Below, in pieces: positions 9,199 to 19,600 of a DNA stretch of 64,000 bases; positions within the stretch are counted from its first letter, which is position 1; every line of letters starts with the position of its first letter. Source of the DNA: Obrimoposthia wandeli (Eukaryota). Position numbers and translations under genes: made by a program. The notes beneath the pieces were generated by a model that saw nothing but the letters and a program-made list of their open reading frames with translations, searched no databases and had not been told where the DNA came from. The DNA is taken from positions 3,658,001-3,722,000 of the forward strand of contig CDROCS010000506.1 of the NCBI GenBank assembly GCA_977020255.1, in the 5' to 3' direction.

Positions 9199-9460
9199 TT
9201 TTTGTCCTTATATCTATCATAGTAATGCCTTAATGAGGCGATAATAGCACAAGTATATTCAAACACGGCTAAATCGGTGGTTAAAGTCGCTTAAACAATT
9301 GCCTGTCACTGGTTAAAAAAAAACGTAGTAATAGCAACTAGGCAGAATTGATTTGTTTCGGTAGAATGTATAACTGCTGTATATAAACATAGTATATAGC
9401 GATCACGTTTATGTATAAGTTAGCGTTTGCTGGCTTTCTGTTTTATTGGTAAGTATAAGC

Positions 9461-10075
9461 ATGTCAAATAATACTGAAAATACGCAATTAAAGCCGAAGG
9501 ACCCCGGTTTACAAATTATATTAGAAGCAGAGCAGGGCAGTCCTTTTTCGCAACTTGCTGCGGCTGATATGTGCTATGCGCGAAGCCATTTCGATGATGC
9601 TTTTTATTGGTACAGCATTGCAGTGCGTTCATTTACCAGCAACCCGACGGCTTACTCAGCAGAAGTGATTAAGTACGAAGTGTCTGCCGCAGAATGTAAC
9701 CTTGCAGGCATGTTCTTTAATGGCTTAGGGACAGACACAGATAAAATTCAAGCATTTAAATTGTACGCTGAGGCCGCGCGTAAACGTTACGTTAAAGCCC
9801 AAGTACAATTAGGTATGATGTATGTGTACGCTGAAGGTATTCAGCAGCATTACGGTTTAGGTTATGCTTGGCTTAACGCGGCACAACTTAACGGCGAAGA
9901 TCGTAAAGATATTAAAAAAGTACTGAAAATGATCGAAACTAAAATGGATAGTAAAGCGCTGGATAACGCGCGTAAAATGTCAGAACAGTGGATTGACGAA
10001 GCTATTTTAGAAAGACTTACGCAGCGTAAGAAAACCCGTTTCTCTTTCATCAGTAATTGGTTTAAAAAATCGTAA
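9461..10075 (+). CDS. Sel1-like repeat protein
   Basis: AECNLAGMFFNGLG and AQVQLGMMYVYAEG Sel1 repeats; ATG 9461 preferred over TTG 9446. Confidence 0.75.
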   Translation: MSNNTENTQLKPKDPGLQIILEAEQGSPFSQLAAADMCYARSHFDDAFYWYSIAVRSFTSNPTAYSAEVIKYEVSAAECNLAGMFFNGLGTDTDKIQAFKLYAEAARKRYVKAQVQLGMMYVYAEGIQQHYGLGYAWLNAAQLNGEDRKDIKKVLKMIETKMDSKALDNARKMSEQWIDEAILERLTQRKKTRFSFISNWFKKS

Positions 10076-10150
10076 TCAATTAATTTTCTCGCTTTAGCTG
10101 TGAAATTATCTCCATTCTTCTAAACTTAAGTTATCTGTAATGATAAATAG

Positions 10151-10354
10151 GTGATGAAGATGGATTTAAGTAATTTTGAACAAATGGATACAGCGATTTT
10201 ACTTAGTATTGTTAATGAAAAACTGCGCTTAGAATGCCCTGATTTACATGATCTTTCTGCAAGTTATGATATGCCATCCGAAGCCCTCGCGGATAAACTC
10301 GATACCTTAGGTTATCACTACGACACAAAAACTAATCAGTTTAAAAGCTTTTAA
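10151..10354 (+). CDS. DUF4250 family small protein
   Basis: MDLSNFEQMDTAILLSIVNEKLR...LGYHYD...NQF pattern. Confidence 0.7.
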   Translation: MMKMDLSNFEQMDTAILLSIVNEKLRLECPDLHDLSASYDMPSEALADKLDTLGYHYDTKTNQFKSF

Positions 10355-10469
10355 CGCTGCAGTAATCGTTTGCATTTTACTATTGCTAAAACCCTCCTTA
10401 TACTGGCTGCATACTATTTAATAACAATCGTTAAAAAACAGTCAAAACAACAGCCAATATGGAGGGCGC

Positions 10470-11246
10470 ATGTTTAAAAAAATCTTACCTTTAGCGGTAT
10501 TATCATCTTTAATTGTTGGGTGCACAGCATCGCCAACAGGCCGTAATCAAGTGTTATTGTATTCATCTGGTGACATGACACAATTGGGCGCGCAATCATT
10601 CGAACAAATCAAACAGCAAGAAAAAATCAACACAGATCCTAAGGTGAACAATTACGTGCAATGTATCGCTGATACGCTGACGCACTATGTCGATCAATCG
10701 ACTCACTGGGAAGTCATTGTTTTTGATAGCCCACAAGTGAACGCCTTTGCCCTACCGGGTGGTCATATCGGCGTATATACCGGACTATTAAAAGTCGCTA
10801 AAACACCGTCTCAACTTGCCGCGGTAATGGGTCATGAGATCGTGCATGTAACCGCAAATCACAGCAACGAACGTTTATCACAATCTAAGATCACAGGTCT
10901 TGGTTTACAAGTGACAGACTACGCCTTACAAGATCAAGCTTATAAAGACACGGCGATGCAAGCGTTAGGCTTAGGCATTCAATATGGTGTGGCATTACCG
11001 TATGGCCGAACTCAAGAATCGGAAGCGGATATTGTCGGTTTAGAGTTAATGGCGAAAGCTGGTTTCGATCCTCAAGAAAGTGTGGCGTTATGGCAAAATA
11101 TGGCTGCAGCATCAGGCGGAAATCAACCACCTGAATTACTATCGACACATCCATCACACGATACCCGGATTAAAGATTTACGTAAGGCTATTGCTAAGTT
11201 ACCAGCAGAATATCGTCAGCCAAGAGAACTGAGCTGCACGTATTAA
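10470..11246 (+). CDS. M48 family zinc metallopeptidase lipoprotein
   Basis: Lipobox LIVGC, NAFALPGG, HEIVH zinc motif, ESEAD, STHP. Confidence 0.9.
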   Translation: MFKKILPLAVLSSLIVGCTASPTGRNQVLLYSSGDMTQLGAQSFEQIKQQEKINTDPKVNNYVQCIADTLTHYVDQSTHWEVIVFDSPQVNAFALPGGHIGVYTGLLKVAKTPSQLAAVMGHEIVHVTANHSNERLSQSKITGLGLQVTDYALQDQAYKDTAMQALGLGIQYGVALPYGRTQESEADIVGLELMAKAGFDPQESVALWQNMAAASGGNQPPELLSTHPSHDTRIKDLRKAIAKLPAEYRQPRELSCTY

Positions 11247-11299
11247 TTGCAGTTAATTAATGGCTGTAATAAACAAGACAGTAATACAAATTGGTAATA

Positions 11300-11348
11300 A
11301 AAAGGGCGCTCATATATCTACTTAACCTAGTTATATGAGCGCCCTTTT
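11300..11348. terminator. Bidirectional intrinsic terminator
   Basis: 17-bp stem AAAAGGGCGCTCATATA / TATATGAGCGCCCTTTT between convergent genes. Confidence 0.8.
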
Positions 11349-11397
11349 GTATTTTAAAGTGACGTTAATGTTGCTTTAGTTCTACTCTATGTGCGTA

Positions 11398-12753
11398 TTA
11401 CCATGTTTGATAACGCTTCGCGGCATGTTGCTGGCGTTGTATTAATTGTTGTTTACGTTGCTCTGTAGTGAACATTGGAATGTCGGCAGGTAAATGCTGA
11501 CGCAACTCACTGAGTTTAACAACGGTTGTTTCTGGTGTTGTCGAAGTAATTACCTTGTCATCAACGCCACTTTGAATACGTAACATCAATACACCCGTTG
11601 GCGTGCTGCTGGTATCAACCCAATCTTGGATACCGGGATCTTTTGGTGATGCTACGATGTAATAATAACCATCCGCACTCTTATATGCTTGGGCTTTGCC
11701 ATTGCGACCCCAAGAAACACTGCTTTGTGTGTTTACCCAGTCTGGTGATGCAGCCCAATAATTCATGGTATGCAGACCATTATAGTCAGATTCAATTTCC
11801 GGTAGTTTAATGATCATTGCTTCATCGTCTTGCAGATCATAATGACCTAGGCTGTTATATTGCCCTAGAATGCCGATATCACCTGTTGGACGGAATGAAA
11901 TCAAGGTGTTCTCTGGTAACCATGAAATTCTATCGGCAAAATCGGGCCAAAATGTACCTTGGCGTTTTACCATTGATGTTGCATTGTGGATACGCTCTGT
12001 TAATGCAGCTGCGCTGTAAGGTTTGCTTGTAACGCCTTCGGAACCAATGCGCTTAATAGTAATGTTACCCGCTGACTCGGTATTCCAATTAGCGTGAGTA
12101 TGACGAGATATAACAATCAAGTCTTGTTGTTGCTGTGGTAATTCCATCCAGTTGCCCGGTACTTTGTTCTTACTTAGGGTGACGCTAAAATCACCGTCAG
12201 CATCAAATGTCATCTGGTTATCATCAAGAACTGAAACCGCACCTTGTGGGTTTGCCGCTTCAAATAATTCTAGTAAGAAGTCTGCTGTGGTACCGCGATT
12301 ACCTGTGATGATATAGACATTTTCACCGTCTTTATTACTGACATTAGCGGCGCGATAATAAGTGTCTGGATTATCAATACCAATGCGTTTACCGGGATCA
12401 AGTAGGTTACGGAAATGTGGGTAGCTACCATCACCACCTGAGATCGCACCACTCATCGCAGCATTGGTGATTGCAGATAAGAGTTCATAAGCTTCAATGC
12501 GATGTTGTGGGTCGCGCTGGTAAATACTGCTGTCACGGAACTGTTGTTCGACATCACCAAGGGTGGCGTAAAGTTCAGCCCAGGCTTGTTCGAGTGCTTG
12601 TTGATCGGCAACTTCACTTTGTGATGGAGTATCAGTAGTGTTGGCACATGCAGTGAGCAGTCCTGCAAGTAATAAACTACTAACCATTTTAGTATATCGA
12701 CGGCTAATCAAATTCGTTAGTATTTGTTTGAATCGCATAGTGTTGAGTAACAT
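11398..12753 (-). CDS. DUF1214-domain lipoprotein of unknown function
   Basis: Lipobox LLTAC; GIDNPDTYY, GNRGT and DGDFSVTLS...GNWMEL motifs. Confidence 0.65.
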   Translation of the reverse strand: MLLNTMRFKQILTNLISRRYTKMVSSLLLAGLLTACANTTDTPSQSEVADQQALEQAWAELYATLGDVEQQFRDSSIYQRDPQHRIEAYELLSAITNAAMSGAISGGDGSYPHFRNLLDPGKRIGIDNPDTYYRAANVSNKDGENVYIITGNRGTTADFLLELFEAANPQGAVSVLDDNQMTFDADGDFSVTLSKNKVPGNWMELPQQQQDLIVISRHTHANWNTESAGNITIKRIGSEGVTSKPYSAAALTERIHNATSMVKRQGTFWPDFADRISWLPENTLISFRPTGDIGILGQYNSLGHYDLQDDEAMIIKLPEIESDYNGLHTMNYWAASPDWVNTQSSVSWGRNGKAQAYKSADGYYYIVASPKDPGIQDWVDTSSTPTGVLMLRIQSGVDDKVITSTTPETTVVKLSELRQHLPADIPMFTTEQRKQQLIQRQQHAAKRYQTW

Positions 12754-12867
12754 AGGGTAAATGATCCTATTTTTTCACTTAAGAAATATAATTATGATTT
12801 ACTACAGGCCTGTTTCCATACAGTATTTAGCTATAGTGGTATGTGTTATTGGGTACAAAGATTAGTG

Positions 12868-12904
12868 CAACAAGTTATCAAATGTGTAAATTGATAACTT
12901 GTTG
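12868..12904. repeat. Perfect 14-bp inverted repeat between the Omp85-like and DUF1214 genes
   Basis: CAACAAGTTATCAA-atgtgtaaa-TTGATAACTTGTTG; no U-tract follows. Confidence 0.7.
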
Positions 12905-12925
12905 ATTCGATGTATAGGTACAGTA

Positions 12926-14335
12926 TTAAAAAGCTTCTGTGAAATTAAAGTAGAAACCGTTACCGAACTCACTCATGCCTAAATCTAAACGAATGTTCAT
13001 TTTTGGTTGGATCTGATAACGATAACCAACACCATAACTGACGAATAGATCATCAGACAGTGTCTTTACGCTCTCACCGACACCACCAATACCAGACCAT
13101 AACGTCATGCCGTGATTAGACGGTAATCCATTAGCGCGGCTAAAGGTATGACGCCATTCAACCGTTGTTTCAAAGGCTGTGTTATCAATAAATTGACCTT
13201 TGAAAATCCCACGCATTGAATTGGCACCACCCAAGGTTGCAAGGTCATAAAAAGGTACATCGCCTTTCGTTGCTTGGAACTGGGTAAAGCTAGCAATCGT
13301 ATTGGTTGGGTTAAAGCTGTAATAAGATCGGAACTCGAAATTCGCTTTGTAATAATCACTGTCAGAGCCAATTTTTTCATTAAAATTTAAATAATTGGCT
13401 TTAAAATAAAGACCTTCTTTGGCATTCACAGCAAAATCACGCGAATCATATTCCAGCACTAAACCTAAACCCAATGTAAACGGCTTGTCGGCATAATCCT
13501 GAAAATCTTGGTCTGCTAAGATGTAATCTGATTGCTCTGTTACTTTCACGTAGTTCATTTCAGCGTTGGCACCAAAATACCAATCACCGAAGAAACGATA
13601 AGCAAGGCTACCAATATATTCACCACGATTAGCGTCATATGTGGTGTCTTCGCCCATTTCTACTGTTGAGCCTTTGTCATAACCAACCCCAAAGTATTGT
13701 GATGATTGCTGGCCAAAATTGACGACACCTTCGTATTTAGAATTATTTTGGTTGAAGAAGATGTTTTGTTTTGATTGAAAACCATAACCCATGCTGCCAT
13801 TACTCGGGAAATTGACCATCATAAACCCAGTGATACTTGAGCGTTGTAAATCAATGTCGTTACGGTCTGTGGTAAAAGAATATAAACCACCCCCGGCCAA
13901 TAAGGCGCCTTGTTCAGGCGTATAAGCTGGGCCACCGAGGAGACTAAACATGCTATCGCCATTTTTTTCACGTAATGGTTTGATGGCGTAATCGAGATCT
14001 TCAGCGTATTGGCTCAATACGGCTTGCTCTTCGCTGTCTTCTGCATGATCAGCTAAGTGACTGGTATAAGTCTGGGCATCATTATAATTGGCAATAATTT
14101 GCTGCACGTCATCTTCAGATTGATAGCGCGGTAATTCTGCGTACAAAGTGGGTAATTGGGTACGCTTTGCTGCAAGTAGGGTATCTGGCGATTGTGTTGT
14201 TAATTGAGTGGTTAAGCGTGTTTTTATTTCGCTTGCTGCTTGGCTTATCTCTTCAGTTGAAGGGATTGGATTTGTCGCACAACCTACAACGGAAGTGATA
14301 GAAAGTAATAATATCGTTGGATTATGCAATTTCAT
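12926..14335 (-). CDS. Omp85 (BamA/TamA)-superfamily outer-membrane barrel lipoprotein with no evident POTRA domains
   Basis: Lipobox VVGC; YDSRD, LGGANSMRG (lid-loop motif); SYGVGYRY, NIRLDLG; C-terminal FTEAF. Confidence 0.7.
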   Translation of the reverse strand: MKLHNPTILLLSITSVVGCATNPIPSTEEISQAASEIKTRLTTQLTTQSPDTLLAAKRTQLPTLYAELPRYQSEDDVQQIIANYNDAQTYTSHLADHAEDSEEQAVLSQYAEDLDYAIKPLREKNGDSMFSLLGGPAYTPEQGALLAGGGLYSFTTDRNDIDLQRSSITGFMMVNFPSNGSMGYGFQSKQNIFFNQNNSKYEGVVNFGQQSSQYFGVGYDKGSTVEMGEDTTYDANRGEYIGSLAYRFFGDWYFGANAEMNYVKVTEQSDYILADQDFQDYADKPFTLGLGLVLEYDSRDFAVNAKEGLYFKANYLNFNEKIGSDSDYYKANFEFRSYYSFNPTNTIASFTQFQATKGDVPFYDLATLGGANSMRGIFKGQFIDNTAFETTVEWRHTFSRANGLPSNHGMTLWSGIGGVGESVKTLSDDLFVSYGVGYRYQIQPKMNIRLDLGMSEFGNGFYFNFTEAF

Positions 14336-14454
14336 AATAACACCACTAAGAATTTTAGAGTGGCGATAATAATGCTTAGATAGCTACCAACATATATTGT
14401 TTATGAAAAAAAATCGCTAAACGAAATATTTTAAAAACCTTTATTGTTTCGATG

Positions 14455-15246
14455 TCAGTTTTTATACCGATTTCGTTTTATAAGCTTATTTTTAATTACA
14501 TTTACCACGGTGAGTGGGTGATTAGTACTCTTATCAATCAATTGCTGAATATCTTCAGGGCTTATTTCGGTGTAGCCATCGTGCGCCATGAAAATTTTAG
14601 TGATGTTGAGTTGTAATAATTTGTTTAATGATTGCTTGTAAGCATCGGGCTGATAAATGGGGAAGGGCGAGGCAAACTTATTACGCAGTTTTAAGATCAT
14701 ATCACCGACATACATCTGCTGTGTAGGTTGGTGTAAAAATGATAAATCACGGTCGGTATGCCCTGGGGTGAAATGTACCATCCACTCATCAAACTCTGGT
14801 ACTGGGGTTTGATCATGTAAAATAATGTCAGGTTTAAGATGCGGGTGATAATAAATATTCTGCCATTTCTTACCCTTACGGCGCGCAACATATAACGCTA
14901 GCATGACATCAATGGCATGTGCCACACGGCCTTTGAAACCTTGATACCACTGTTTTTCAAAACTTACGGATGCAATGTTACAGCCAAACTGCTTACGCAA
15001 TAAATGCGCGCCGCCGGCGTGGTCGGGGTGCATATGCGATACCAATACTAGCTTTAAGTCGCTGATGTCACGTTGCAGCGTGTCAGTAATGAAGGTTTTT
15101 ATCACTGGTACATCACATCGGCAGCCACCATCAAGTAACAATAGCTTGTCTGGATATTCGACTAACAAAATAGTTTGAATATAACCTTTAATATGATGTA
15201 TCTGCATGCACGCGACTTCTTTTAAAGTATTTAGTTGTTCGATCAT
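14455..15246 (-). CDS. MBL-fold metallo-hydrolase (start may be the ATG at 15207)
   Basis: SHMHPDHAGG, TPGHT, GD and AHDG motifs. Confidence 0.85.
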   Translation of the reverse strand: MIEQLNTLKEVACMQIHHIKGYIQTILLVEYPDKLLLLDGGCRCDVPVIKTFITDTLQRDISDLKLVLVSHMHPDHAGGAHLLRKQFGCNIASVSFEKQWYQGFKGRVAHAIDVMLALYVARRKGKKWQNIYYHPHLKPDIILHDQTPVPEFDEWMVHFTPGHTDRDLSFLHQPTQQMYVGDMILKLRNKFASPFPIYQPDAYKQSLNKLLQLNITKIFMAHDGYTEISPEDIQQLIDKSTNHPLTVVNVIKNKLIKRNRYKN

Positions 15247-15319
15247 TCTCGCACAGTTTTACGCCGATAAACCCTATGTGATGTTAAATTTTTGTAACTT
15301 AAACAAATTTAAATAAAAC

Positions 15320-15339
15320 TACTGGCAGTAAAACCAGTA
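15320..15339. promoter_or_regulatory. Candidate LexA (SOS) box overlapping the putative sbcDC -35
   Basis: TACTG-GCAGTAAAAC-CAGTA fits CTG-N10-CAG; -35-like CTGGCA at 15322-15327 and -10-like TACACT at 15346-15351. Confidence 0.45.
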
Positions 15340-15390
15340 TTTATCTACACTAGCGATAGCTTTCCTTTACCGCTAGGACCCCCACGTCAC

Positions 15391-16653
15391 ATGAAAATAT
15401 TGCATACCTCAGATTGGCACCTTGGCCAGCATTTCATTACTAAAAGTCGCGCTAACGAACACAGTTGTTTTATGGCTTGGTTACTTGAGCAAGTAGAATT
15501 TCACCAAGTTGATGCAGTTATTGTCGCGGGTGATATTTTTGATACTGGCACGCCGCCAAGTTATGCACGTGAGTTATATAACGGCTTTGTTGTTGCGATG
15601 AGTAAGGTCAACTGTCAGTTAATTATTCTAGCGGGTAATCATGATTCGGTCGCAACACTGAATGAATCTAAACAGTTATTGTCACAGCTTAATACCCAAG
15701 TCATTTCCAGTGTATCGCTCGATTTAGACCAGCAAGTATTGGAACTTAAAAACCGGCAAGGTCAATTGGGTGCATTGTTGTGTGCCGTGCCGTTTGTACG
15801 CCCTCGCGATGTTATGCAAAGTGAAGCATGGCAGTCTGGCACTGAAAAACAGCAGCGTTTAGGTGCGGCGATCACTGAGCATTACGCCAACTTATATAAA
15901 CTGGCCGAGCAAAAGCGTGATGAGCACAATAATGACGAAAATAATGAAAAAAATAGCTCAGTACCGATTATCGCTACTGGTCACTTAACAGCACTCGGTG
16001 TATCGGTGACAGAATCAGTGCGTGACATTTACATTGGTACACTCGAAGCATTCCCAGCGAATCAATTCCCTGCGGCAGACTATATTGCCCTTGGTCATAT
16101 TCATCGCGCGCAAAAAGTCGCTAAATCAGAACATATCCGTTACAGCGGCTCGCCAATCCCACTAAGCTTTGATGAAGTGAAACAGCAAAAGAGCGTTAAC
16201 TTGGTGAATTTTGTTGATGGTAAGTTCGATTCTGTGATGGAATTGACGATCCCACGCTTTCAACCTATGCAGGCGATTAAAGGTAATTTGGAAAGCATTG
16301 AAGCGCAATTAGCCGATTTCAAAAACCATACCGACCCATTACCAGTGTGGTTAAGCATTGAAGTGCAAGAACAAGACTATCTTACTGACTTACAAACTCG
16401 TATTGAAGCCATGACTACAGACCTGCCTGTGGAAGTATTACAAGTACGCCGTGCACGCAAAGACAGAGAACAGCATTTGCATAGTGAAGTGAAAGAAACC
16501 TTATCAGAACTGTCGGTGAATGATGTGTTCGCACGCTGCTTACAAGGTGTTGAATTTACCACTGACGCGGAAATAGCGCGTAAATCACGTATCGAATTAG
16601 CTTTTAAACAAATTGTAGAGCAAGTCGAGCATGCAACGCAGGAGGAAAAATAA
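15391..16653 (+). CDS. sbcD: Exonuclease SbcCD subunit D
   Basis: HTSDWHLG, AGDIFD, GNHDS, GHL, YIALGHIH, RYSGSP. Confidence 0.97.
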   Translation: MKILHTSDWHLGQHFITKSRANEHSCFMAWLLEQVEFHQVDAVIVAGDIFDTGTPPSYARELYNGFVVAMSKVNCQLIILAGNHDSVATLNESKQLLSQLNTQVISSVSLDLDQQVLELKNRQGQLGALLCAVPFVRPRDVMQSEAWQSGTEKQQRLGAAITEHYANLYKLAEQKRDEHNNDENNEKNSSVPIIATGHLTALGVSVTESVRDIYIGTLEAFPANQFPAADYIALGHIHRAQKVAKSEHIRYSGSPIPLSFDEVKQQKSVNLVNFVDGKFDSVMELTIPRFQPMQAIKGNLESIEAQLADFKNHTDPLPVWLSIEVQEQDYLTDLQTRIEAMTTDLPVEVLQVRRARKDREQHLHSEVKETLSELSVNDVFARCLQGVEFTTDAEIARKSRIELAFKQIVEQVEHATQEEK

Positions 16654-19600
16654 TGAAGATTAAACGTCTTTCCTTTAAAAATATTAACTCGTTAAAAGGC
16701 GAGTGGCAGCTTAACTTCGACCAAGAACCATTTTTAAGTAATGGCTTGTTTGCTATTACAGGACCAACGGGCGCGGGTAAAACCACCATTCTTGATGCGA
16801 TTTGTTTGGCTTTGTATCACGAGACACCACGTCTAGCGATATCGAAATCTCAGAATGAGGTTATGACGCGTAATACCGCGGAGTGTGCAGCCGAAGTCGA
16901 ATTTGAAGTACAAGGTAAAGGTTACCGTGCGAGCTGGAGTCAGCGCCGTGCTAAAAACAGTGCGCAGGGCAACTTACAAGAAATGAAAGTAGAATTGGCG
17001 GAAGTGGTGTCGGGTGACATTCTTGCTAGCCAAGTTAAATTGAAAAAGCAGCTGGTGGCAGAAATAACCGGTTTAGATTTTTCACGTTTTCGTAAATCTA
17101 TGCTGTTATCACAAGGTGAATTTGCGGCATTTTTAAATGCCCCAGCTAACGATCGCGCGGAATTATTAGAAGAACTGACAGGCACTGAAATTTATGGTCA
17201 GATCTCGCAAGCAGTATTTGAAAGCCATAATGTCGCGAAAGCAGAATTAGATAAATTACGTGCCAAAGCCGATGGTGTGAACTTATTAAACGACGAGCAG
17301 CGCAGTGAAATTGCCGCAGAGCAAACTCAAGTTAGCGAACAAGTAACGGCATTAACTCAGCAGCAAACAGTGCTACAGCAACAAAAGCAATGGCGCGTAG
17401 AGTTAGAACAAGCAGAGCAAGGTGTTAGTCAGTCGCAAAGCAGTTTAACCACTGCAGAACAGGATACGACAGCGCAACAGCCTGAATTGGATAAGTTAGA
17501 GAAAGCCGAACCTGCTGAAGCATTACGCTTGCCGTTCACGCATTTAAACCAAGCGAACAGTAAATTAGCAGAGTTAGACAAACAGCAACAGGCATTACAG
17601 CTAGTAGTGGCGTCAGCGCAAAGTGCCGTGACAGTTAACCAAGACCAAAGTAAAGTAACTCAAGCACAGTTAGATGATGTTAAGCAGCAAAGCCAAGCGC
17701 AAGAAACTTTAATAAATGAGCAGATCATGCCATTGGATAATGATTGCGCTCAGCTAACAAAAGAGTTACAGCAATGTCAGTCATTACAGCAGCAACAGAA
17801 TAGCGAACAGCAAACGACGCAGCAGCAATTAGCTAAGTTAACGCAAACCGCGCAGCAAGCCCAAAAAACGGTTAATGATTGCCAGGCATATCAACAGCAG
17901 CACAGTAAAGATGCTGAGCTGAGTACACGCTTGCCGTTATGGCAAAGCCAGATCCAGCAATGTAACCAACAGCAACAACACTTAGCGGTATTAAATCAGC
18001 AAGTGGCTGACAACCAAGCGCTGTTAAAGCAAAGCCAAACTTCGCAACAACAATTGTCGACTTCTGTTATGGCAAATAGTGAGCGTCAGCAGTCGGTGAA
18101 CGATGCGGTTAATCAGGCGCAGCAGCAAGTCACGGACTTGTTAGCGGGTGATGATTTAGCAGCGCTTGAGAATGTGTTTAGTCAGCAATCACGCGCGCAA
18201 AGTATTGTGGATCAGTTGTCCGGTTTACAGCAGCGTTATATTAGCGAGTCGCAAGAGTTTGAAGCTAATCGCGCTAACATTAGCGCATTAGAGCAACAGC
18301 TTGTAGGCGTTAACGTTGAGATCGCAGCAAAACGCGACCTGTTTAAAGCCAAGAAACAAGAATTCAACGATGTTCAGCGTTTATTAGAACAAGAACAAAA
18401 AATTGCCAGCTTAGAACAATTACGCAGTCAGCTTGAAGTCGGGCAAGCGTGTCAATTATGTGGTTCAACAGATCATCCGCTGATTGCTGAATATCAGCAG
18501 ATTGGTGAATCGCCAACAGCGCAGCGTAAAGGGCAATTAGAGCTAGCGTTAAAGCAAATTGAAACCGAGGGTGGGGATCTTAAAAGTCAGCTGCAAGTTA
18601 CAAATACCAAGCTAGATAACCTCAACAATCGTAATACGACCTTACAACCGCAGTTAGACTCGTTGATTACCCAATGGCAATCTTACAATCAACAGCTTAA
18701 TGCCAACCTTGTTATTACTGATAGCGCGAGTACGCAGGTATTTGTGCAGCAGCAAGCACAGCAATTAGCGCAATTGTCACAACGCATCCAAAGTTTAAAA
18801 GCCGCAACTGTACAATTACAGCAAGCGCAGCAAGCATTGGTTGAATTTGATAAGCACAGTGCACAACTGCAACATCAAATTGAGTTAGTGAATCGTGACT
18901 TACAAGCAGCTCAAGATACTGAGCAAAAGCTATCAAGCGAAACGCAGCAACAAGGGCAGGTGCTAAGTGAGTTACAACAAGCATTAGCCAATAGCGTGAC
19001 TGAGTTAGGTTTATCATTGCCGCAATGGAGTCAACTCGACAACTGGTTAGCGCAATGCCATCAAGCAACGCAAACATGGGTACAGCAAGCACAGTTATTA
19101 CAGACTGCAAGTGAACAGTTCCTTACTGCAGACAGCCAATTAACGCCATTACGCGAGCAGCAAGTTAAGCTGGACGCGGTTATTGCGCAAAGCCTGACTA
19201 CGTTAACTAATCTGTCGGCGAGTTTGGCTGATAAACAGCAGCAACGTCAGCAGTTATTTGGTCAACGTAGTGTCGCTGATGCAAGGCAGGCGATGCAGCA
19301 GCTGTTAAATAGTGCCGAGCAAGCGCAGCAAGCAAGTACTACGCAAGCGACTGCATTATCGAATCAACTGCACGCGCAGCAAGGTGAGTTAACCACGTTA
19401 CAACAAGGTTTAGCGCAACAGCAGCAAGAATCGGTAGATTGCTTAGGCGTATGGCAACAAGCGCTAGCCGCGAGTCCATTTTCTACTGACGCTGAGTTTA
19501 ACCAAGCGTTGTTACCTCGTGATGAAAAGCAGCGATTATTGGCGCTTAAGTCGCAACTGACTGCTAACTTAACCCGTTGTCAGGCATTGTTTGAGAAAGC

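Noticed and set aside
9375-9394. Near-LexA box CTGTATATAAACATAG upstream of the Sel1 gene (a similar CTG-N10-TAG lies at 4575-4590)
   Set aside because: The invariant CAG half-site is TAG, so binding is unlikely without experimental support.
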